Shown in pieces: positions 50,607 to 61,800 of a stretch of 64,000 bases of DNA. This DNA is from Antedon mediterranea (lineage: Eukaryota > Animalia > Echinodermata). Position numbers and translations under genes: made by a program. Position 1 is the stretch's first letter, and each line of letters opens with the position of its first letter. Below the pieces are notes generated by a model. It ran no database searches, had not been told where the DNA came from, and saw only the letters and a list, made by a program, of their open reading frames with translations. Where the stretch lies: the NCBI RefSeq assembly GCF_964355755.1, contig NC_092673.1, positions 4,154,001-4,218,000 of the forward strand. The letters are read 5' to 3'.

Positions 50607-53001
50607 ATGTTTTTACAGCTGGTATGTGTGCTAGTATTTGCATTGTCTGCATCTTCAAAGCCAATAAGTTCGTGTAGTCTCAGTGAAGGAGACTATTGGT
50701 TGACAAAACTCGATCAACTACACCAGTCATTAAGCAGTGAAGTAAGTAACTAATTAGGCCTGTGTGTGTAAGTTTAGTTACTGACATTATATATAAATAA
50801 TAATACTGTCAAATTATTGATACAATGCTCATATTCGGAACATGATCTCATAATCGCGTCGAGCATAGCTCATCGGCGAAAGTTCCGTATGTTTCAGTTG
50901 TATTAAAAATGTCTGGCGGGATTCGAACATGCGACCTCTCGCTTTACAGGGCGAGTATCATACCGTTAGACCACAGGAGAGCCATATACGGCATTATTAC
51001 AGATCTTCAACCACCATATACATTCTCTTATACAACAAACGACAGGTTTAATTTGTCTCTGTTGTGGTAGATAATGGCGGACACGTGAAATTCCTGCACT
51101 TTTAGGATTTAGACTAAGAATAGATAAGTCAAATAGCGATTTTAATTCGGGTTAAAACAAAATGTCTCGACATGAAACAATACAATTATATATTATATAT
51201 CTTTATATGTGCGATCTCGAATTTATGTCGTCGTGACGGGTAGGCACGCGCGCTCGCCTGCAACAAGCATCGTTGTCGATAAAAAAAACATTGTTTCTTA
51301 AATATTTTTGATTTCATTACAGAGGAACTGTGCTCCTCCTCCATGTGAGTTTGACTTGGATTCTTTTAATCAAACACCACAGGTAAGCATTTTGGCTGAT
51401 AATTTTAATTTACCAACATATAATAAATAAAAAACACTATTCTCCGAATATGTGGTGCATTCTATTTTAAGTTTTAAAAAAATGATCTCTACTATAAAAT
51501 AAAACTGTTAAGCATACGACTGTATATAATATTTTAAAATAATTGGGGTTTTTTCATCAACAGGAATCGGCGTACAGACAAACGGTTAACTTCGTTAAAA
51601 ACACAAACGACGTATTTAGCAGTTGGTTCAATCAATCGCAAACTTCTCGAAGTATAGGCAACTCATTGCAATCACTGGAAAGTCAAGTAAGAATTATGTC
51701 ATTCAGTTTCTTGTTAATATAATAGCATTAAGCCAAAATGTTTTCCTCTATCTCCTCCTAAGCTGCAAGTCCGATACTAGCGCCGTTCGAGTTGGGGCAC
51801 CTTTTAATTCCCTTTGTCCATTAAGCCGTAAAACGGAAAATGTGTACCAAAAATGTGTTATTTAGACCAATTACTTTGAAACTGCCGAATACTGCGGTAA
51901 TTCTCGGCTATTTTCATACGTCACAATTAAGTCACTCATGTCATTAGCAATATCGAGACAGCAGCACATGTGACATGTGTACTATATTACTGTATACTAT
52001 CTGTTTGATTTCCGAACATTAACATCATTATAAGATGGTGCCCGTCCATTGGTACGGCTTAGTTGAAATTTAAATGTTTTTTTTTCTTTCTGAAGCTACG
52101 GAATGCGCCTTCAAATTGTATTCAAACGGGAACGACGGCCACAGATATACAAGATAGTTTTACGGTATGTTTCACACATCTGAAAACTTTTTTTTATAGC
52201 ATTAAAGCTTGGTTCCCACTAGGACGTAACGCAAGGACGTAAACGCAACGCAAGCGTTTTAACCAATGACAAGCGAAGTTATAGACAGTTAGCAATCACA
52301 AGCGAATAAGTCATCGCTTGTGATTGGTCAATTCACTTGCGTTGCGTTACGTCCTTGTGTTGCGTCGCTAGTGGGAACCACGTTTTAAGCTTGGTTCCCA
52401 CTAGAACGTAACGCAAGGACGTAAACGCAACGCATGCGTTTTAACCAATGACAAGCGAAGTTATAGACAGTTGGCAATCACAAGCGAATAAGTCATCGCT
52501 TGTGATTGGTCAATTCACTTGCGTTGCGTTACGTCCTTGTGTTGCGTCGCTAGTGGGAACTAGAACGTAACGCAAGGACGTAAACGCAACGCATGCGTTT
52601 TAACCAATGACAAACGAAGTTATAGACAGTTAGCAATCACAAGAGAATAAGCCATCGCTTGTGATTGGTCAATTCACTTGCGTTGCGTTACGTCCTTGTG
52701 TTGCATCGCTAGTGGGAACCACGCTCTTGAAGTACCATCTCACGTACACAGAGATAAGCATTGTGCAAATTTCTGCAACAATTTGCGAAGTTATCATGGT
52801 CATTTTGTAGGCATTATGCGTGTAAACTGTAAAGTCAAGTTATCATTGATTGAAATTCATGTATTTATCAAAAATAATAATCCTTTTAATAAATGTTGTT
52901 TGTTACAGTGTATACAAAACATGACGGTAACTGAACTAGGCTGCATCATGAGAACACAACTTCGAGTGATAAAACGATTGGTTTTCAATGTTATACCGTA
53001 A
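50607..53001 (+). CDS. Novel secreted protein B (159 aa), candidate helical cytokine; 5 coding exons, all introns phase 0
   Basis: Exons 50607-50741 (135 nt; MFLQLVCVLVFALSASS signal + KPISSCSLSEGDYWLTKLDQLHQSLSSE), 51323-51382 (60; RNCAPPPCEFDLDSFNQTPQ), 51564-51686 (123), 52096-52164 (69; LRNAPSNCIQTGTTATDIQDSFT), 52909-53001 (93; CIQNMTVTELGCIMRTQLRVIKRLVFNVIP*). Splice sites are GT-AG and there are six mature Cys. Function is inferred. Confidence 0.85.
50911..50980 (-). mobile_element. tRNA-derived SINE head or tRNA pseudogene in gene B intron 1
   Basis: Minus strand TGGTCTAACGG (A-box), CTCGC..GCGAG stem and GTTCGAATCCCG (B-box); the acceptor stem is poor. Confidence 0.6.
52206..52724. 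mobile_element. Three head-to-tail copies of MITE family B in gene B intron 4
   Basis: Near-identical palindromic units of about 165-180 bp start at about 52206, 52388 and 52560; the third lacks the outer left TIR. Confidence 0.9.
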
Positions 53002-53078
53002 GAATACGTCATACCGTAAGCATACGTCATACCGTACAAATACGTCATAGCGTACGTCATATCGTAAGAATACGTCAC
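52993..53078. repeat. 18-bp tandem repeat (ATACCGTAAGAATACGTC) overlapping the gene B stop codon
   Basis: About 5 units, one of them truncated. Confidence 0.85.
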
Positions 53079-53650
53079 AATGTTTAAATGATACGCTCAG
53101 GGAAATATATTTATATTTTACTGAAAACGATATTGAATTTTTTAACTACAACCCGGTCGCCTACGAGTACACTCTATATTTTATCAAATTTAATAAGTAA
53201 TTAAGTATGAAAATAGAATTTAACAAACGTCAATATATCGAAATATTTTAAATAATTTATTGATCTAAAAATAGAAAATATTTAGTTTCTGTGAAACTAA
53301 AACAGTAGTAAACACAATGTGTACCATTATTGACGATGCTGGTTGAGAAATTTGTATTTATATTATTGTAAAATGTCAGAATATTTCTGAATACATGTAG
53401 CATATGTTGCAACTGATATGTATATTCTTTTATTCATATTGTATATTGTCAGTATATCTAAACGTGCAATGGTAAATTAAATATATAAGTAATTTTACTT
53501 TTTAATATTGTGGTCGTTTATAATGATCTACTTATTATTTGGATTGAACACATACAGTACATATATGGACATGATGATGTCTTATCACTACCATATTTGG
53601 GCATATCACACTGTTTTTGTCAAACTAGTTTGATAGTGTAGACAGGGCTA

Positions 53651-53899
53651 AAGCCTGTTTTGCTGTCGACGTTATTCGACGCTATATCGTCGTTGATCGT
53701 TAACAGTTCAACCATAGAGATATTAGTTCACTATAATATCTCTATGGTTCAACGACGATCGTTTGAAAACGATCAAGTTGAAATAATAACGATAGCGAGT
53801 ACCTTTCCTGTAAATCGTTAACATTTCAATGTTTACGTAGAAGATTACCGATTATTGTTAACGATAGCGTCGAATAACGTCGACAGGAAAACAGACTTT
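53651..53899. mobile_element. Palindromic MITE with a small nested inverted-repeat element
   Basis: TIR AG(C/T)CTGTTTT(G/C)CTGTCGACGTTATTCGACGCTAT; inner hairpin AACCATAGAGATATTA...TAATATCTCTATGGTT at about 53709-53749. Confidence 0.75.
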
Positions 53900-55820
53900 A
53901 GAAGAGATGTTAAACAGAGCCATATTTATGGCTCCGATGTTAAAATTGTTAGTGCGCCCTCTATATCGTCACACAGTCAATGTTCCTTTTTTATGCGATG
54001 AATTTGTCGAGGTTCAACTTGCATTCACAACAAATGACGATACATGCACTACACACAATAAGTTTTTTCAAATTTTATTACCTCTCAAATTGACAACTTC
54101 AGAAAGATAATTTAAATAGTAGTTCTTAACAGTAACATTAATAAAAAGATCAACAATCAAAGAAAGACAGGAATAATGGTAATGGCATATATATTACATA
54201 TACACACAGAAATAAAATACACAAATAAATACAAGAGTATTATACACCAAGAAAAAACGCAACATGTCTAATAAGACAAAAAAACATAGGTAAATAAAGA
54301 AGTGGATAAAAAAATAAGTAAGTACATTTAAGTACAACCAGGGAAGAGTAAAATTACAATTAAAAAATTATAATTTCACTCTTCCCTATTATAATGGAGA
54401 AATAAGTACAATTTTAGTACCAAATTAATGTTTTGTGGCAGTACAAACTCTATTCAACTAATATATCTATTCTAATACAAACACACCCAACAAATTCCAA
54501 ATTAATACCCCTTCCAGATGTTACCCATTCCTAACAATTCCCCTTCAAAATAATCCTCCATCTAGACTCCCTATTATTTTTCTCCGCTATCGAATAAAAA
54601 TTAAATGATTCTACAGTAAAAGATGACCTATCACATTAATTATCTTATATATTGCAATAAATTCAAACATGATTACATGATATATACTATATTTATTATT
54701 AAATATTACGTTAGAAATCTAAACATTTTTCTTTTACTGATTTATTGGTCAAGCATTTATAAAAATATTTCTAATAAATTAAATAATTGCATTCAATTTA
54801 CAATTTGAGAAGGGTTATGAATAATGATAAACTAGGGGTTTATACAGATTCAAGCATTTATTGATGAAGGGTAATTTTGTCTACTGTATAAAATAATGTA
54901 GAAAAAACCTAGGTAGAAATAATATATATTTAGACAGGACTATCACTTAGTATATTCACAATACAGACGTTGGTGACACGCCATACAAAACGGCTTTTTA
55001 ATCCGGCGGCCTAGATTGTAGGTGGCCAAGATGGATCTAACCCCTAATACACACAGTGCACAAACACAGAGAATAAAAACTCTTACAAATTTATCGCTTT
55101 TGGACAAACATAAAATAGCCTCATGACGGACTCATATTGGTATTAAAATAATCATAAGATTATATCTTAGATTCTAACTGGCATAGAAGCTATTCAATCT
55201 ATACCATGCTAAGTGTAATAAATACATACATAATTATTAATATATAATACAGTCAATTCATAATATACATATTTTTAACAGCATCGTATAGCACTGGTTT
55301 GTGGTCTTAGGTGATTTGGTCACTAGTTATTTACATGACGTTAAATGATACAAATAATATAACATGAGTTTAAAAAGAAATAAAATAAAATGGCCACTTT
55401 TTAAAGCAAGATCCAGCCATTGATCAATAATATGGAGTAATTAAAATTAAGAGTAATTTGTGTGCGTTTGCGAAGTTAACGGGATATTATTAGGAAACAA
55501 GCACAGATGCCTTTAGTTTACAAGGATATAATGCACAAACTATGATATATTAAAATTTAAAATGTTGGGCTGGACCTGGCATATTAAGTTTAAAAAAAAT
55601 TAAGTTTATTAAATTAAAAAACCCTAAATTGAAGATTACTTTCTAAGAAAACATGCAATTTAACTGCTTTGACATAAAATATAATTATTTCAACTTCATA
55701 AATTTAAATATAACCATTAAGAAAATTGATCATTCATATATTGTTCAGTTCCAAATTTACCAAATAGTGCATGTTTGAAAATTCATAAATAAGTTATCAA
55801 GTAGGTACAGAGTTCAAAGA

Positions 55821-58800
55821 TCAAAAGTCAAGGTTCACCGAGGTACTTTCACGTAAACCATCATATTGCTGTCCCTCTTCCGTCATGTAGTATGCCATTG
55901 TCGGCACTCTTTTAAGCGTTACACGTCCTCCGCCCATACCGCGTAATCGTCGGATAAAAAGGAGTATCGCAGTGAACACGATGATAAAGCAAAGTATAAG
56001 TAGATATTCGTATGAAATTACTGAAACAGGGATCCAAGGCGGTTGGTAATTTTTTTGGAATGAACCTTGTTGGATTTCTCTGAAATTTAAAAAAAAAAAA
56101 AATCCTGAAAATATTTATTTATTAACTCCCTGGTAATGGCAAAGTGCATTAACAGTACTATAGCCCTATCCTACAATAGCCTACACAATGCAATCTGGGT
56201 TTTCTAGACATGCACAGATGATTGTAAAGTTCCTGTTTTTCAGTCTCTAAATATGTTCTTTGTAAAAAATCTTATGTGTTAGACATACATGTTGACTATA
56301 TTTAAAGGTTTAACAAACAGGTGATAATAATATTAATAATAACTTTAAAATGAAAAACTTTTTTTTATAAAGCATGAATTTCAATTATCTCATTAAGGCA
56401 TACAGTATATATAATTAATAACAATATGGTTTCTTGAAGGCAGATTGCACATCAAGAAACCAAACCAAGGATCCCTAACAAGTGCAACTAAAACGACACA
56501 AGATAGGAGGATCTGGCAAGAGGTCGTGAAACAGAAGCCATCACAAGTCTCCCAGACGGTGTGGACAGCTTAGGTCAAGGTCAGGGGCCAAGTCTCCGAG
56601 TGTTATATCTATCTACCTGATGTGATAGTGCCAGCAACATACCTTTCCAAATCATCCGGATAAACCCTTGCTAAACTTCCACCAGTACTCCTTCCATTCC
56701 CCCCCCCCCCCCATTGGTTTATTTTTTAAATGTTAATGTATCTCATTGGCTATTGCTAAATTTCATTCATGCATTGTTTAAAAAACGTTGTAATAGTAGT
56801 TTGATGTCCATGTACATTAGATATGTATTCGTCATTCGCTACAGTACATAATAAAGAGCTTTTTGCGACGAAATAGGACATACGTAATTTTTCCAAGTTT
56901 CAGCGCTGTAAAACTGATTTTGATTTTTACACGATGACCATAAAACCAAAAATGGTTAAATTGTGCATGTCTGTGATAACAGAATCCGAGGTAATCACCT
57001 GGAACAAGACTCAAGCAAATACAAGCATGGTACGGTGACAACATCTTCTAAACTAAGCATACGCGAATAGTGATGTTGCAAAATTGAAATCTTATCGTAT
57101 ACTGTATACAACAGGGATTGCTTATGACCGCAAAGATAAACATCTTTTACATGTTGATAATGATTCTTTCTCATTTCTTGAATCATATATCAAGTAATTT
57201 AATATTTTTAGTGACATAGAACCTTCATAAAATCTAGTGTGAAATAGATAATAAATTTATAAATAAAATAATTTACATAATGTATTTACGCTGGTAAAAC
57301 GAAGCACTACTAACCTGAGAGGTAAAAACCTTGTTCTATATAAAATTGCACCTAACGTCCACTGCACTTCTTTATCGTGAATAAGACTTGCTGTACGCAA
57401 ATATTTATATTCTTTAGGAAACTTAAAACCACTATGCAATACTGCCATCATCCATGCCGATTTAAAACATTGATCACTAAAAAATACAATTAAAATATAT
57501 ACATAAATTCTGAATCCCAAGTAAGAAAAATAGTGTTTTAAAAAGATTCAATAAATAATGTTTATTAATACACTGAATACAGTACGTTAAATTGTTGAAG
57601 TGGGGAAAATGTTGGAAATGAATTAAAAATGAACGTGTTATTTACAATTATTCATCATACTATCACACTACATGAGGGAAATATACATTGTCTATTCTAC
57701 AATTCATTCATAACTATCTATAATATCATCAATTAAACTAAACATAATTTAATTGCAGATACGGATGTGTTTTATGATGCCATGAAACTAGTTTCAAAAG
57801 CAGTCATTAAAATCAAAATAATTTGTAATATTAGACACATATAGAGTAAGTCTTGTTTGTTGTTGAATAACTTATTAATAGCATTAACAAGTAAATATAC
57901 AATAGACAAACGATAGCAGTATTATTATTATACGACTGCGAATTGATACGAAACAAATTTTATTGTTCAGGAGGGTTTTTAGAGGGATGTTTATTTGAGG
58001 GAGGCGTTTATTTTTTTGGGTGTAATATGGTAACACGTATATATATATATATGAAAAATGCAACACAATTAATATATAAATGTTATCAAAATTTTATCAA
58101 AATGCTTTGTAAATTGTAGATTAAATTCTACTACAAATAGAAATGTATTGTAATATAATATTGTGTATATTATGCGTGTGGCGGGGCATTTATTCGAGGA
58201 AATAAATAAACGCCCTGGGTGTTTATTCCAGGGGGCGCGTTTATTCCAAATTATGTTCTATGGGAGGCGTTTATACAAGGGAGGCGTTTATACAAGGGAG
58301 GCGTTTATTCAAAGCGGGGTGTTTATTTAAATAAATATGGTATCTATCTATAATTACAGTTCCAATCAATTTTAAAAACCTACCGTAACCTAAATTCATC
58401 TGCTTTAGTATAAAGGCCTTTTCTTCTATGCTCTTCTATTAAAGACCATTTTGTTGCACAATATTCCTACAAGAGAAAACATAACATTACTGTATTACGA
58501 TACATAAAAACACAGAATTAAAACGAACGTCACGATAAAGACTACACATAGGCGGCTCAAGAAATATCCTGGCCCTGATAAATATAAATCAATAAAAAAA
58601 ATTTAGAACAACCAGAAAAATGTTTCAACGTTTGCACATGCTAAAAATTTTGAAACACTGATGACGCCAACGCAACACAAATAGATGTGCAAGCAGGTGC
58701 AGATTTGGTTTCATAAGTCTGTAAAATGAACAAAAACAAACATTAAACAAACTTACAGATGCTGCTTTACGATAAACGTTGTAAGAATAAGGTCCTCCAA

Positions 58801-61800
58801 TTCGCAAAACATCCTCCATACAATACCAGTACTCGGAAAAGCCATAGAACTCACTATTTGCAAAGTTAATATTTGGCTGGAATACTCCATTTACAGAGCA
58901 GGGTTGTTTTTGACAAGGGACAGTCTTATTCAGAAGTGGTTGAATAACTTGGTGACATGTACTGAAGTCACCCGTTCCTTCTAGGTGGTATTTTGTGTTT
59001 TTAAAATTAATACTGGTCTGCATTTCAACAGGCAGGCATGGGTCGAGTATTGGTGACACAGGACTTAGGCCTAGAGAGGTCAAAGAACTGCAAATAAAAA
59101 AAAACAAATTTATAAATCTATTGTACTTGATTAATTTTAACATGGCTGAACATTTATTTGCAACGACCGACGACCAAACCACGTAATGTCAGATCGTTGT
59201 TCGCATGCAGAAAAATATTTGGATGCGTGTCCTCGCTCCTCAACTTGGCACAGTTTTGATGGGTTCTAGGTCCAGGGCGCGATATTTTTTTACGCTCAAC
59301 GAAACTGCCAGCTAGCCAGAATACCGTTTTCTGATTGGATGTTGATGTCACGTGAGATGTTTAAATCACTCACTCATGCAGTTCGCCTCAGTAGGTAATT
59401 CCTCCTCGCACTCTCCGACCGGTTGCGACTCGCACTGCTCTTTAGGCTAGCAATTACGTGTTGTAGGAATGGTACATTTCAACTACTAGCTCCTTGCACA
59501 ACAGACAGAGGCTTACAATTTCCCGCATTTTTATCGTGTCGCCATCGTTGAAATGTTTTTTCGTAATATTTATTGCTCTTTTCTATGTACAATGTTTGAG
59601 ATAAAATAATTATAAATAAGAGCAATTATCGTTGTGGATAATACCGAAACGTGGATAATAAAGAAATCACGCATTGGCGATAAAACGTTGGTCTGGATGG
59701 TGTAAATTTGTTTTTGTTTATGGTCCAACATCATTTGTTGAAAATTTTAAAAAAATGATAATAAATAATCACAAACACTATTTCCCTGTGACTTATAAAT
59801 ATATATTTAGATGAGTTGTTGCTTGTAATTCTGCCACAAAGGAATTGAGCCTTTTTTGTCAGTATATAAAAGGATGACAAAAGTGTATTTTGACCGTGCC
59901 AGCCCGATGTTCCAAGAAACTCTTCACAAGTTTCCGCTTTTTGGGTTTAGCCGCTCTTATTTATAATTATTTTATCTCAAACATTGTAGGCCTACATAGA
60001 AAAGAGCAATAAATGTTACGAAAAAATTTCAACGATGGCGACACGATAAAAATGCGGGAAATTGTAAGCCTCTGGTTGTCTCCTCTGGCTGTCTGTTGTG
60101 CAAAGAGCTAGTAGTTGTTTCAGGCAGCGTGCTCTCAGGCAGCGAGCCATTGAAATGTACGATTCCTACAACACGTAAATTGCTAGCCTAGAGCAGTGCG
60201 AGTCGCAACCGGTCGAAGATTGCGAGAGGGGGAATTACCTACTCTGAGGCGAACTGCATGCGTGAGTGATTTGAACATCTCACGTGACATCAACATCCAA
60301 TCAGAAAACAGTATTCTGGCTAGCTGGCAGTTTCGTTGAGCGTAAAAAAATATCGCGTCCAGGGCGACGACTGACGACACATTGATTGACTAGGTTGGTT
60401 GTCGGTCGTCACAAATTGATAGCTCTCAAATACCATGTGAAAACGTCAGATCACCAAATTGCTAGACTATATTGTGTTGGTGCTTCCAACATACATACCT
60501 TCTATTACTAGACAGCATGGATTTAATTAGCATATTTTCATAACGTGATCTTGCAGCATTACTTCCAAAGCCAAGGAAAGTAGTGACGTACACTCTGTAG
60601 TTATGCTCAGCTTCATGAGTATCACAACCTAAACTAAACTCTGCTAGTAGAGATTTGGCATCCTCCTCCTACAATGCAAATATAACAACATAGATGTAAT
60701 GTATGTATGTATGTATTTTAAATTATTATTTTTTTTCCACTAATGCAGTTTTGCATAGCATACACAAATGTGCTTTGTTAAGGCACGTGCTGTTTGAATA
60801 AATTATATTTAAAACTAGATTTAATTCGTCACTATGACGAATTATAGGTTATATGCATTGATTTAAATAAAGATAATTGATTTTTAAAAGATATATTGAT
60901 TGATTGATTTTCTCAGAATCTTTAATTATTTATAATATATGATAGGACCTTGCTAACGCGAACACCATAGCCGGTATCACAATCCGATCAAAGATCCATA
61001 TGCGTATAATGTCATAAACCACATTTGTTGTTACATAATAATAAAGACATAAGTTACTTTTTATCTAGATTTCATTATAAATCATGTGTATAATCTATAC
61101 ACAAAGAAATAAATTTGAACAAACAATACGGATAATAAAAAAAAAATCTTATTTCGTTTCCCAAGGTGAGACTCGATCTCGGTACCTTGAATGCCATAGA
61201 CACGAGCACAGACCATCGAGCCATACACAACTGACTAAAAGTTGTAGAAAAATTCCTCCGTGTATTTACTATGCAGTAACCACTTTGGTGCAAATAGATT
61301 ATTACATACCGCAATGAATTATAATTTTTTACTATGATGACATCTTTAAAAATGTAAAAAAATGATGCACTGTCAAACTATATACTTTTAACTTTAATAT
61401 ATGAACTTCTTAAGAAAGAAAGTTAATGTTAAGTTTGTTATTTCGGCCTAAGAAAATGTCATAATTTGTCTGATTGTCAAAATTATTTTTTTTAAATTTA
61501 ATATGCAATTAATGAAGACTTAATCAACTTTTGTTCTCTTAATTTGATAATAAATCATACATATGATACATACACTTCAAGAAAATGAAATAAAAAATAG
61601 GTGTTCCCCAGCATTCTGACGATATCTATTAATTAAAAAAATTAGCATATTTTCACCATTTTGTTAACTTATACGTGCGTAGCCTGTCACTTTTGACGTG
61701 CTCGTATAACGCAATTTCGAGTTGAAAAGTGAATCACATATGATGATATTATTAAAGAAAGACTGTAAAACAGAAATCAGGCAAAAAGAGTGCGCATTAA

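Noticed and set aside
50911-50980. Functional tRNA gene
   Set aside because: The acceptor stem is not paired and the anticodon loop is irregular; it is better explained as a SINE head or pseudogene.
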